Shown here piece by piece: positions 25,393 through 38,379 of a stretch of 64,000 nucleotides of DNA (positions within the stretch are counted from its first letter, which is position 1; every line of letters begins with the position of its first letter). A model generated the notes under the pieces. That model saw only the letters and a list, made by a program, of their open reading frames with translations, did no database searches and had not been told where the DNA came from. Source of the DNA: Octopus vulgaris (lineage: Eukaryota); assembly GCA_951406725.2 (NCBI GenBank), contig OX597826.1, forward strand, positions 79,112,001-79,176,000, given 5' to 3'. The position numbers and the translations under genes were made by a program.

Positions 25393-27210
25393 GACAGGCT
25401 TCTTTCTGTTTCCATCTGCCAAATCCACACACAAGGCTTTGGCTGGCCCAAGGATATAGTAGAAGACATTTGGCCAAGGTGCCATGCAGTGGGACTGAAC
25501 TCAGAACGATGTGGTTGGGAAACAATCCTCTTGCTACACTACTACACAGCCATATATATATATATATATATATCGGTGGCACATAAAAAACACCATCCGA
25601 GCGTGGCCGTCTGCCAGCCTCGTCTGGCACCTGTGTCGGTGGCACATAAAATCACCCACTACACTCTCGGAGTGGTTGGCGTTAGGAAGGGCATCCAGCT
25701 GTAGAAACACTGCCACATCTGACTGGCCTGGTGCAGCCTTCGGGCTTCCCAGACCCCAGTTGAACCGTCCAACCCATGCTAGCATGGAAAGCGGACGTTA
25801 AACGATGATGATGATGATACACACACACACATACACACACACACACATATGTACATTTATAGATATATATCGTGTGTGTGTGTTAACAATAACTTTGGTA
25901 GCTTATATTATCTTATAGTATTCTGTACGTAATAATGAAGTGGATGTTGTGGGAGGAGGTAAATGAGAGGGGAGAGGCTCTCAGTGGTGGGGGGTGGAGG
26001 CCTTAGAGAAGGTGGAGAAGGATGAGTAGTAGGATAGATAAGGTTGGAGTGGTGGGAGTGGGCGGAGGAGGTGGAACAGTGTAATATAAGTGTGGTGATG
26101 ATGATGATGATGATGATGATAGAGAAATGAAGGAGGGGGGGCGGGCGAGAGATGAGGAGTGGTAGTATGAATGAGGCAGTCATGATAGCCTTGGAGGCGG
26201 AGGAAGGAGGAGTAGGAGGAGTAGTAACGTGAATATGACAGTGATGATGATGATGATGTTGGAAATGGTGAAGAGAGAAAAAGAAATAGCGTCAATGATG
26301 ATGGTGATGATGATGATGATGATGTTTGGATTGGTAAAGTTGTAATAGTATCAGTATGATGGTGATGGTGATGATGGTTTTGGGGGTAGAAAAGAAGTGA
26401 AGAAGCAGTATAGTAGTGATGATGATGATGATGGTGTTGGGAGTGGTGAGAAGGAGTGAGGAAACGGTATAGGCATCAGTGTAGCTGTGATGATGATGAT
26501 GACGATGATAGTGATTGTGGTGATGATGACGATGATAATGATGATGATGATGATGGTGTTGGGATAGAGAGAGAGAATGTGGCACAGTTCCAAGTTGTTG
26601 AATCTTCTGGAGATGTTGTCCTTTCTTTCCTCTCTCTCTCTCTCTCTCTTTCTCTCTCTTTCTCCCCCCTCCCCGTTTAATCTCTTGAATAAGGTTAAAG
26701 CTGTTGAAAATAACCCAGTCGTGGTAGCAGTGGTGGTGGGACTGGAGCGGGGGGTGGGGGAGGTTACTTTGTGTGTGTGTGTGTGTGTGTGTGTCTGTAT
26801 GAATGTGCTTGTGTTTCCTAGTCAAACGTGTTTGTTTTGTGTGGAGTTTAAGTATGGATGTGTGCGTGTGTGTGTGTGTTCAGTGATGTTGCAGTGAGTT
26901 TGTGTGTGTGTGTGTATATATATGTGTGTGTGTGTATATATGTGTGTGTGTATATATATATATGTGTGTGTGTATATATATATATGTGTGTGTGTGTGTG
27001 TGCGTGTGTGCAGAGATTGCAGTGAGTATATATATATGGGGGGGTGGGTGCTGTGTGTGTGTGTGTGGTGGGTTCCAATGATGTTGCAGTGAGTTTGCGT
27101 GTGTATATATGCAGGTGAGTGTGTATGTATGTGTGTGTGTGTGTTTCAGAGTTTGCGTTGTTTTTTGTCTGGAGTTTGAGTGTGTTTATTGCATATGGGT
27201 TGGTGTAAGT

Positions 27211-27268
<58 letters not shown>

Positions 27269-27967
27269 TCTACATTGGAGTCTGAAATTTTGTTGGTATA
27301 TACAATGCGTATGTATGTGTACATTGGATCGTATATTAACTTCTGTGTGTGTGTGTGTGTGTGTTTGAGTTGGAGGTGTTTGTGATCATTATAGGTGTGT
27401 GTGTACTTAATATGTATTTGTGCGTGGGTGTATATATATATATTTATATATGTCTATTTATATTCACATGTATATATGTGTAAACATATCTCTTTTATTA
27501 TTTTAATGGTTTCAGTCAGTCACTGTATTGCAGCGACCATGCTGGAGCATAGTTGTCTAGCTTTTATTTGGTCCCAAGTACTTACGTTTTTAACTGTGGA
27601 AATTATTATATTGAATGCTCTTTGTTGAGCTGCTAAGTTTCAGAACATCAACACACACACACACACACACATGCAACAGGCTTCTACACAGTTTCCATAC
27701 CTCATATTTTACCCACAATGCATTGGTGAACTCAAGGATGGAGTCTCAGGCACTTGTCCAATCTAGGATTGAACCCCAAGCCACAGGGTTGGTTGTGAAT
27801 TAAATTTTGTGCTCTTACACCAAAATGGCAACCCAGCCTTTGAGAGTATTGAAAATGGTAAAGCAAAGATTAAGCTGTTGACGTGGAGAGGAATATACAC
27901 AGTTGACCCCAGTTTATAACTGGTTGAGTTGGACAACTGCTGATAAGAGTAAATAGTTTCAGCCATT

Positions 27968-28405
27968 ATCATCATCAGCATCATCATCGTTTAACGTCCG
28001 CTTTCCCTGCTGGCATGGGTTGGACGGTTTGATTGAGGACTGGCAAGCCAGGAGGTTGCACCAGGCTACAATCTCATCTGGCAAAGTTTCTACAGCTGGA
28101 TGCCCTTCTTAACACCAACCACTCCGAGAGTGTAGTGGGTGCTTTTTACGTGTCACTGGCACGGGAGCCAGTCGGGGCACTGGCATCGACCATGTTTGGA
28201 TGGCGCTTTTTATGTACCATCAGGATGGGAGCCAATCAGGGGGCACTGGCATCGACTACATTCAGATGGTGCTTTTTATGTGCCACCAGCACAGGAACCA
28301 GTCAGGTGGTTCTGGCACCGACCATGCTCAGTTGGTGCTTTTTATGTGCCACCAGCATGCGAGCCAGTCAGGTGGCACTGGCATTGACCACGTTAAGATG
28401 GTGCT
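27968..28405 (-). mobile_element. SINE-like family C with internal 66-bp tandem units and (GAT)n tail
   Basis: Conserved ggttggcgttaggaagggcatccagctgtagaaac core (resembles the MetaSINE domain, unverified) and 3' end ggacgttaaacgatgatgat. Other copies: 9190-9555(-), 18650-18860(+), 25574-25817(+), 29966-30165(-), 30166-30342(+), 33097-33492(+), 39323-39598(-), 48400-48593(+), 51975-52135(+), 52545-52873(+), 53606-53940(-). Confidence 0.8.
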
Positions 28406-28752
28406 TTTTAATGTCACTGGCACTATGAGGAGCATCGGAAAATTAAATAAGTGGCGCCTTAATAGTGTTTTTGGTTTTTTTGTAAAAACTAAAGGGAAAA
28501 CTATACAGACAGTTTTGAATTGACCTCAGTATATCACTGGTTGACATTACATGCTTTTGTTAGAAATGTACTTGTATGTACATAAACTGCTTCACTGCCC
28601 TGAATGGCTTATTAAGTCCAAAGACCAAAGGAGTAAAATAAAGACTGGACATCTGGTCAGGACTTCGGAATTGTCTTCTTTCTTTTTCAAATGGAAGTTG
28701 GGGAGAGAGAGAGAGAGAGAGAGAGAGTGTGTGTGTGTGTTTATCTATGGAT

Positions 28753-28789
<37 letters not shown>

Positions 28790-29011
28790 GCAACATTTTA
28801 ATGTTCATTTTTCCCATGCTTGCATGGATTGGTCAGAGTTTTTCGAGGCAGATTTCCTACATCCAGATGTCCTTCTTATTGCCTTCCTTTACCTGTTTCC
28901 AAGCAAGATGAGGTTTCCTGATGGCCAGAGACATTCTCACAGAATATTGGAAACGAATGATACACATTGACAATTATGCATTGTCAAGACAAACCAACAG
29001 AATCATACACT

Positions 29012-29051
<40 letters not shown>

Positions 29052-30702
29052 TCCATGCATGCATTCTTTGAATATTTACTGTTAGGGAAAAGAGTACTCA
29101 ATACCATATTAGACATTAATGATGTCTTATTTTGATTGAGTCAGCCTCTTGGTTCTTTGAATTTCACCTGTTGGCACACAGAATCTTCAGACAAATAGTG
29201 CCTACAGGTGAAACTCAGAGTAGCAAAAGGCTGGCTTGATCATGTGTGTGTGTGTGTGCTTGTGTGCTTATGCTGGGCTTCTTTCAGTTTCTGTCTACCA
29301 AATTCCCTCAGAAGGCTTTGCTCAGCCTGGGGCTATAATAGAAGATACTTGCCAAAGACGTTGTGCAATGGGACTGAATCCAGGGCCACATGGTTGGGAA
29401 GCAAACTTCTTAACCGCACAACCAAACCAACACATAAAAAAAAACATGATATCAAAAACAAAACAAAAAAACTCTTCATTTTATTATTGATTTTCAAACC
29501 TTAAAAGGACAATAGAAAGCAGAATCAATAGGACACTCAACAAGATGCCTCTCGTTATTTCACTACACATTTTTGGTTCCATTCTGCTACAGGAAATCTC
29601 AGCTAAGAGTTGTCCTTTAGAATTTGGAAAATATCATTTTTTAATTTTTAAAAAAACATTTTTCTCTTCTAGTATCAAAAAACAAACTTTGCTTTCTGTT
29701 TTTCTCTCTTAATCTTCCCTCGAGCTCCTGTTTTTCTTCATATTTTTTAACAACATGACATTTGAAATGTTATTTCCTGAGTTTATATTTCGCTTTCATA
29801 AATTTCCCCTCTTTGTATTTCCTACATCTGCCTGCATTCGTCTTCAACCCTGTCATGCAAGTCTTCATGAGAGTTCTTCCTACATTCATGTTAACTTCCC
29901 AAAGATTTTTGTTATCTTTTCATTTATTCATTCCTCTTTTTCCCCCTCTCCCTTCCCTATACATATCATCATCACCATCATCATCATCATTTAATGTCTG
30001 TTTTCCATAATGGCTTGGATCGGATGGTTTGAGACGAGGTGGCAAGCTCGAGAACTGCACCAGGCTCCTGTTGTCTGTTTTGGCATGGTTTCTATGGCTG
30101 GATGCCCTTCCGAATGCCTGACACTTTATGTACTGGATACTTTTTATGTGGCACCAGCACAGGGAGTGTTGGCACGTAAAAAGCACCCACTACACTCGCG
30201 GAGTGGTTGGCGTTAGGAAGGGCATCCAGCTGTAGAAACACTGCCAGATCAGACTGGAGCCTGGTGCAGCCCTGGCTTCCCAGACTCCGGTCGAACCGTC
30301 CAACTTGTGTTAGCGCGGAAAACGGACGTTAAACGATGATGGTGTTTACACACACACACCTTTCTTTCAAGACATCTACTGTATTTTTCTTTCCCTTACT
30401 CTCTTTCAGTCACTTGTTCAAAATTCTTTCATCTGCCTCACTCATTCTCTTCCATTTTCTCTCTCTCACCTTTTTCTCTTGATATCTTTCTTCATCTCTT
30501 TCCTCATATTTTCTCTTCGTCTTTTCTTATTCTTTCATCTCATCTTCCCATCTTCACGCTTACCTCTTCCTTTCACTTCACTCCTCTCATTCTTATTTCT
30601 TTCACTTTCATCTCCATCACAAATGCAGTTCTTATTCTCCATTTTCCCTCACCACCACCACCACAAATGACTCATTCTATCTCTACTCTCTTGTTATTAC
30701 AG

Positions 30703-30780
30703 GACAAACGCTACCATGTTGCCCAAGAACTCTACAGAAACGAACAGGAATACGTGGAAGCTCTCAGAACTTTAAAAGAG
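30703..30780 (+). CDS. ARHGEF17: RhoGEF DH-domain exon A (DKRYHVAQELYRNEQEYVEALRTLKE), ARHGEF17-like
   Basis: Polypyrimidine tract plus tacAG acceptor at 30701-30702 and GTtggt donor at 30781. 78 nt, phase 0/0. Matches the DH helix-1 motif R.HVA.EL...E..YVE.LRTL. Orthology is from recalled similarity, not a search. Confidence 0.88.
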
Positions 30781-31170
30781 GTTGGTATCTCTCTGTGTTT
30801 ATTAAGAATACTACCATTATGTCTTAGGGATGTGGCTATAGCTGACATTCTTCTCTGCTCCAAGTCCAATTCATACTGGGGTCATTTTCACCTTTTCACC
30901 CCTCTGGGCTCAATAAATTAATTATCATAAACCAATAAAGAAACCTCTAAGTAGTTGTTCAATTTGCTAGAAAAAGCAGTTAAATTCAAATCACATTCTT
31001 TTTTTTTTTTGTTTTCAAAAAAAAAAAGAGTGGACACATCAGAGTATTGGATGGTCAGGATGATGGTCAGGGTTAGAATTTCTTTGATCCTAGGTTTGCT
31101 TAGTCAAAGATGATAACACCAACAACAACAATTAAGTACCAGTAATATGCTGGAACAGATTTTGAGCTAC

Positions 31171-31701
31171 TGTATCTGTGAAGTCTGATCAATAAGTATT
31201 GGGATTGTTGCTATGGTAACTGAGCTAAAGTATGCAGAATGAAGCCCCTTGGCTCAGATTGACCTTCAACTCTGTCGCATATGCACTCTAAGTTATAACG
31301 TTGATGGTCACTCCCATTGCTTATAGCAGTGCTTGGAAGTAAAGTGTGGTCATCTCACCACACCACAGATGTTCCATCAGTGCCCATGACTGAGAATGTG
31401 TGTGTGTGGAAACAGACATGACTTGAAGGTTGTTATGGCCAGGAATCTTTCCTAAGATCAAGTCCCACTTGAAAGAAGCAGGAATTCTAGCTGTTGAGGA
31501 AATCCAGGAGAATGCAAACAAGGCAACTGCTCTCTATCCCCAAAACAGAGTTCCAGGAATGCTTCCATCAACAGAAACAACTCTGGGATAAAGTGTGTGG
31601 CTTCAAGAAGGGGACCGTTTCAAAGGGGATTCAATGTCTCATAGGTGTTGTGGTTTTCTTTTTATAGCAGCAGTCCTGGTACTTTCTGATTAGACCTTGT
31701 A
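31171..31701 (+). mobile_element. Internally deleted mariner element
   Basis: Degenerate TIRs gaagtctgatcaataagtattggga...tcctggtactttctgattagaccttgta. Internal IFPKIKSHLK and FQECFHQQKQLWDK.V pieces resemble the mariner C-terminus (FPKLK..LKG...WEKCI..GEYFE). Confidence 0.6.
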
Positions 31702-32593
31702 TAACTCCCTTATAAATGTGTAGCTTTGTGGCTATGTGATAATTATTATCATTGTTTAGCCCTGGGTCAGACTTGACTGACCTGACCTGACCCGTGATCA
31801 AAGCCTTCCAGCCTAGACCATCCAATATATCCTCTCTGCTTCAAGGTGGTGAGCTGGCAGAAACGTTAGCATGACAGCGAAATGCTTAGTGGTATTTCGT
31901 CTGTTGCTACATTCTGAGTTCAAATTCCGCTGAGGTCAACTTTGCCTTCTATCCTTTTGGGGTCGATTAAATAAGTACCAGTTACGAACTAGGGTCGATG
32001 TAATCGACTTAATCTGTTTGTCTGTCCTTGTTTGTCCCCTCTATGTTTAGCCTCTTGTGGGTAGTAAAGAAACAAGAAGTTTGTTCCCCAGTTGCTTGCT
32101 TTTGAAGTCAGTCCCTTAGCACAACACCATGGGCAAGTGCCTTCTGCTACTATAGCCCTGGGCTGACCAAAGCCTTGTGGGTGGATGGAAACAGAAGGAA
32201 GCCCATTGAAACATGTGTGTGTTTGTGTTTGATTCGTCTCATCTGTAGAATGAATTGCATACATTATATGAATTAGTGATGAACTTACTAATTGGTTCAA
32301 TGCAAAAAATGTAATTGAAGCCTTCCCCTAAAACAATTACAAGCTTCTAAAATGGCCTGCAGTGAAAATGCTGGTTCTATTAACTTGAAGGATGGCATTC
32401 GTGACCTAGATGGATCTCATTGACTTCAATGTAATTAGAAGTTCATTTGTTCGCCATTTACACTGTTAATCTCTCTCTCTCTATCTTATACACACACACA
32501 CACACACACATACACACACATATATATATTAATAGTAATAGTATGACAACAAAAGAATGAAAAAGACCTCGAAATTATGTAAATAGAGGAATT

Positions 32594-32800
32594 TATCTGT
32601 AAATATAATATGTGACAATTATTCGGTAGCCATGATAAAACTTGGAGTTTTGGATGTTGGGGCAGAAACCCACATCGGCATCTCTTCAGCCATCAATGGC
32701 CTGGTAACTGAAGAGGTGTCAGTGTAGGTTTCCGCCCCGACATCTGAAACTCGACGTTTTATCATGGCTACCGAATAATTGTCACATATATTTACAGATA
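32594..32800. mobile_element. ~200-bp palindromic element with a hammerhead motif in each arm, in CA/TA microsatellite context
   Basis: Arms tatctgtaaatata..tgtgacaattattcggtagccatgataaaac / gttttatcatggctaccgaataattgtcacatatatttacagata. The + hammerhead is at 32702-32764. Confidence 0.75.
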
Positions 32801-33789
32801 TATATATATGTATATATAATCAGTAAAGATTCCAATTAGATTATCTGGTGACATAGATTTGGTAATTATCTTTGAGGGAAATTATGCAGCACACCATAAA
32901 GCAAAGGAGCAAATGAATGAATTAAACCAATTTGCTATAATATATCCTCACATTGCTCTACGACAATGACAGGGTTACATCTCATGTGTCCCTTAGATGG
33001 GGTTCACACAGTGGTGGGGTCTAACAACAGAAGGACCCTTAGACATAATTTGTTTAAAATCACAATCGCATGGCTGAAATGAGTAAAATACATATATGGC
33101 TCCTGTGCTGGTGGCACGTAAAAAGCACCAACTGATCATGACTGATGCCAGTATGCCCTGACTGGCTCTTGTACCAGTGGCACATAAAAAGCACCATCTG
33201 AATGTGACTGATGTCAGTAGCCTCGGACTGGCTCCTGTGCCAGTGGCACATAAAAAGCGCCAACCAATCATGACTGATGCTACTACCCCCTAACTGGCTT
33301 CTGTTCTGGTGGCACATAAAAAGCACCCACTACACTCTCAGAGTGGTTGTCGTTAGGAAGAACATCCAGCTGTAGAAACATTGCCAGATCAAGATTGGAG
33401 CCTGGTGCAGCCTTCTGGCTTTCCAGACCTCAGTCAAATCATCCAACCCATGCCAGCAGGGAAAGCAGATGTTAATCGATGATGATGATGATATACTAGT
33501 TTGAAAACCCAATGAAATACCCAGGCAATTACTTGATTTTCAACTACAACTAATTAAAAGTAAAATTGAGCCATCCTGAATAAATGTTTTATTAGCAAAT
33601 TAATTCCAATAATTTAATAACTTTCCTATTAATTAGCTTCGTTACTAATGCAGAAATGCATTAATACAATAAAGCCTTTTGTTGGACCACATTTCTTGTT
33701 TGGTTTTTTGGGGCCCTCATAATGAATTTCTCAGCATTCTTCCAAGGCCCCATGAGAGAAGTATAGGATTGAGAGATTCAGATTGATTA

Positions 33790-34900
33790 TTTTAAAGGTC
33801 TGTCCTTGTGCCTTGGTTTATAACCATAGCAAAACATGACTTTCTTAGTAGGAGGACAGTGTCACTTTTGTAGGGACTGCTGGAAATAATAACTTCAATG
33901 ACATTTGTATGAAACCAGGAGATGATGCATTGAGTTCACTCATTACTTTTGAGGGGTTCATATTCCATAGGATCATGACGGGGTCTCCAACTTTAAGTTT
34001 CAGGATGTGAGAGGGAATTCTTGGAACCTCAATTGAGTTTAATGCCCCTACTTGTTAGGTTACAGAATTTTAATCCTTGACAATACAACCCACAGACTTG
34101 TAGTTTCTCTCTTTACCTGGGAATTTCTCTCAAATGCCATTTGTTGAGCTGATTGAGGTGTTCAAAGGAGACAGTATTACTCTTTCTACCGATCACTGAG
34201 ACCTGGTTCCTTTGCTGAGGAAGACTTCAGCTTTGAGCTGCTCCAGAGTTGAAACTGTTTTCCCCTATCCCCAAGGGATATTAATGATAACCAGGTTTTG
34301 GCACCTCCTGCAATCAAGCTGGTGCCAAATGATGTTACCGTTATTGTAGTTATCATACAAGAACATTTCTTTAACTGCATTGTAGATGTCACCTTTGTTT
34401 TCTGTTAAATTCTTCTGGAGGATTTTGGTATCAATGTGGAGTTGTTCTTGGCTATAATCAGGCTCTCTTGCATGTATTCTCGTGTATGATTCATGCTCAC
34501 TGCCCATCCCCTTCTAACACAATGTTCTTCATATGTGGTAAGCTTCTTTCCTCAATCATCAAAAGTTTATCTTCAAAAGAGAGTGGGGTGGGGGTGGGGG
34601 CACAATTCGGTCCCTGTGGTTTGCAAAGTGGAATAGTTCTTAAGCTTATGATGCTGCATCAGACAATCTTCTGATGGGAGGTCATGGAACTGTTGGGTCA
34701 CAAAATATAATGCCAGGAAGTTTCTCGAGATTGAAGCTGGTTGGCCTCATCTCTTTCATTGCATGGAAGAGATACTGGTCATCTTCCAAAAGCCCCCTTA
34801 CCAGACATGCCTCACAGAAGGGCAACATCTGTTCATCCACTGTTCTCAGATAAGCCGGGCAGTCAAGTCCACAGACATTCAAGAGACGTTGAACAACGTA
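33790..34900 (-). pseudogene. Helitron Rep/PIF1-helicase remnant
   Basis: Minus-strand LRTVDEQMLPFCEACLVRGLLEDDQ (cf. Helitron LRTV.G....F.EAC...GLLEDD) and IPSHILKLKVGDPVMIL (PIF1 P.H.L.LKVG.PVMLLRN). Many stops and deletions. Confidence 0.8.
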
Positions 34901-35149
34901 AACGCTGCCTTGTTAGCAGGTCTGACAAAATTCCTTGCAGGATTTATTTGTGGTGCTTTGTGTTCTGAGTTCAGATCTTACCAAAGTCAGCTTTACTTTT
35001 TCCGTCTTTCCTGACTCAATGAAGCAAAATTTGAGTCAAGCACCACAGGGAAAGGGTTCAATAGAACTAACTGCAATCCAATGTTTGCCACTTGCATGCA
35101 CTGATGCAGCTGCCTGTTCAAATAATGGGCATTTTACTCTTACTCTCTC

Positions 35150-35361
35150 TCTTTCACTCTTTTAGTCGTTTCAGTCATTTGACTGTGGCCATGCTGGAGA
35201 ACCGCCGTTAGTCGAGCAAATCGGCCCCAGGACTTATTCTTTGTAATCCTAGTACTTATTCTATCGGTTTTCTTTTGCCGAACTGCTAAGTTGCAGGGAA
35301 GTAAACACACCAGCATCGGTTGTCAAGCAATGCTAGGGGGTACACAGACTCACAAACATAT

Positions 35362-35406
<45 letters not shown>

Positions 35407-35538
35407 GGGCTTCTTTCAGTTTCTGTCTACCAAATCCACTCACAAGGCTTTGGTCGGCCCAAGGCACCACGTAGTGGGACTGAACCTGGGACCATGTAGT
35501 TGGTAAGCAAACTACTTACCACACAGCCACTCCTATGC
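35150..35538 (-). mobile_element. tRNA/CORE-like SINE family D (head + internal CA/TA microsatellite + tail ending ...gactgaaac..gtaaaag)
   Basis: Head gtggctgtgtggtaag.agtttgctt.ccaac.acatgg...ggttcagtcccact and tail cagcatggccacagtcaaatgactgaaac. Copies or parts at 18470-18620, 20085-20340, 24863-25545, 29270-29420, 42105-42245, 47595-47910, 48598-49005, 59310-59530 and 59875-60255. Confidence 0.75.
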
Positions 35539-37598
35539 CTATGGGTTTTTTGTTTTTTTTGCCAAACTACATATATTTACACCTACAGAAGGCAATGAGG
35601 GCCCCCCCCCCCATTTATGCATTCCAACACACTTCTGGCCATTCTAGTTTTTTTTTTCTTTTACAAATATTGCTTAACACCATCCAGAGAATAAAAGGAC
35701 AGCATTTGTTGTTGTTGTCGTTGTTTCCTGTCACCCTATTATCAATGCCCCACCCCAGTCCTACCCATTAATTTCCTCCCTCTCTCTTTATCCCCCCCCC
35801 ACCTCACCCATTCTACCTCCAATATTGTTTAACTGCTTCATTTTTCAGGTTATTATTGTGGCTAATGATGTTGACGTTGCTCCCGCTATTACGCACACTG
35901 TCGTTCTTCATTGTTGTTGCTGTTGTTGTTGTGATGATGATATTGCAATTTATGTTTTTGTTGTTGCTGTAATTATGATGATGATGATGATGATGTTATT
36001 GTAGCTTCTATTTCTTGTTGTCGTTGTTGTTGTTATTCGGTGAGCTGGCAGAATTGTTAGCATGCTGGACAAAATGCTTAGCAACGTTTCTGAGTTCAAA
36101 TTCTGGCCGAGGTCAACTTGGCCTTTCATCGTTTCAGGGTTGATGAAATAAGTACCAGTAAACTACTAGGGAGGAGGGGGGGTCGATGTAATTGACTTAC
36201 CCCCTCCTCTGGAATTGCTGGCCTTGTTCCAAAGTTCGAAATCCTCCTCCTCCTTCTCATCATCATCATCATCATGGCAGGGGCAGCTGTAAGCTTTACA
36301 GAATTGTTAGCATGCTGGACCTGTCTTATGTTCTGAGTTCAAATTCTGTTGACTTTGTCTCTCATCCTTTCAGGGGTGATAAAGCTAGTTCCAGTCGAGT
36401 GCTGGGGTCACTAGAAATTAGAAATTATTATTATTATTTTTAAAGGATGGTGTTTTGGCAAATTTGTTTAGAATGTTGGACAAAAGGCTTTGCAGGGTTG
36501 CTTCTGGTTTCTTTACATTTTGTGTTTCAATCTTGACAAAGTCAAACTTTGCCTTTTATCTCTCTGGGGTTCAAAATAAAGTACCAGTCAAGTACTGGGG
36601 TTGAAGGAATTGACTAAGCCCCTTCCTTTAAAATTGTTTGCTGCCTTGTGCCTTAATCAGAAACCATCAGAATGGTTAGCAGGCTGAGCAAAACGCTAAG
36701 CGTCATTTCGTTTGTCTTTACATTCTGATCTAGGATTCCACTGCGGTTAATTTTTCTTAATGAGCACTGGGGTGCATATAGTCAACCCCACCCCCAACAA
36801 AAAAACAAAAAATGCTGGCCTTGTGCCAAAATTTGAAATCATCTTCATTATTATTAATATTTTTGATTTTCCTCAGGTTTGGTCTTATTCCTGGATGGAT
36901 TTATATGGGTTGCTCAGGTTACCACTTGTAACCTTAGTTATCCACAAGTTTTCAATATTCTTCAAATGCTCAGAACTCCCTTGATAATCTTTCCTGTCTC
37001 TGAGAAGCAAACTTTCTGTAAAAGATCCACAGGACATTCCATTCCAATCTCCTTCAAGCATTTGTCTATGTCTTTGCTTAATTATTACCATCATCATCAT
37101 CATCATCATCATTATTTCAACCCCTGTCATTTTGTAATTTGTATTTGTAATTTTCCTTTGTCCCTTGTAACATTAAAAGAAGCTATCATCATCATCATTA
37201 TGTTATCAAAGACAATCTTTTTCCTTGACCGATATCATTTGTAGAGAGAACTTGAACATAAACGAAACAGAAGCCATTTTGCTAGGCATGTCTCGTCCCA
37301 CCCACCTCATTGTTGTGACACTATTGTTGCAGGATGTCAGCCTCAGGCTCGAAATAGGTTTGTTGCTGTTATAGAGACTAGAAAGAAGTTTGTTGTGGCG
37401 GCAGATTTGGAAAGGAATTCACATGACTGACACACACTCCATTGCTTGTTTATCCAATTAGACTTTTAATTCCCTAAGTATCTAGCAGTTGATTAACACG
37501 TGGCCAATTATGTTTTAGCAGACCTGTGATTAAAGGTATTCTCTTTCAGCCATAATCATTCCATCTTTTAATTTTACTAGGACTGCCTTTTCATTTAA

Positions 37599-37814
37599 CC
37601 CTTTCGTTACTGAATTTATTTTGAGATGCTCTGGGTTTCTTTCAGTTACTTTTAAATACAACAAAGAATTTAGTAAAATAACTTAGTTATCATTCAGGTA
37701 GTGTTAGGAACATAAATTGTGACTAAAGTTTGGTGGAAGATTTTAATTCAAAACTTATGAAAACAAGACATTTGTACTACTGAGACAGTTTCAGCCACAT
37801 TGGTATTAAAAGGG
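37599..37814. mobile_element. piggyBac-type MITE, copy 1
   Basis: TTAA|CCCTTTCGTTAC ... GTATTAAAAGGG|TTAA, i.e. TTAA TSD and CCC/GGG termini. Confidence 0.75.
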
Positions 37815-37845
37815 TTAAGTATGGTTTCTCTATTATATATTTTAA

Positions 37846-38067
37846 CCCTTTTGTTACCATATTTCTGTTGAGATGCTCTGCATTTTTTGCAGTTAATTTA
37901 AAATATAACAAAGAATTTAGTAAAATATCTTAGTTGTCATTAAGCTCGTGTTAAGGACATAAATTGCGACTAAGGTTTGCTGAAAGATTTTAATTCAGAA
38001 CTTACGAAAACCAGACATTTCTACTACAGAACCAGAGCTGGTTTCAGCCAGGTTGGTAACGAAAGGA
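37846..38067. mobile_element. piggyBac-type MITE, copy 2 (same family and orientation)
   Basis: TTAA|CCCTTTTGTTACC ... GGTAACGAAAGGA|TTAA. The interior aligns with copy 1. Confidence 0.75.
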
Positions 38068-38379
38068 TTAAAGACAGTAAAGTGTGATTTGAGGGAGTTT
38101 CAGCTGTTGTTTGTTGTGATGGGAGAACAACAGGTTAGCATCTACCAAGGGGAGATAAGTCCCTTTATTCTTTTATTCCTTAATTCCTTTATTCTTTTAT
38201 TATTCCATTTGTTTCTCTCTCATTAGACTGCGGCCATGCAAAATTTTAGTCAAATGAATCGACCACAGTACTCAGTTTTTTTTTTCTTTTTTTGAAAGCC
38301 TGGTGCTTATTCTATCAGTCTCTTTTGCTGAACTGCTAAGTTATGAGAATGTAAACCTACCAACACCATTTGTCAAGAG

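Noticed and set aside
33097-33330. CRISPR-like repeat/spacer pattern (gtggcacRtaaaaagcacc every 66 bp)
   Set aside because: The intervening sequences are homologous to one another, so this is a diverged tandem repeat inside SINE family C.
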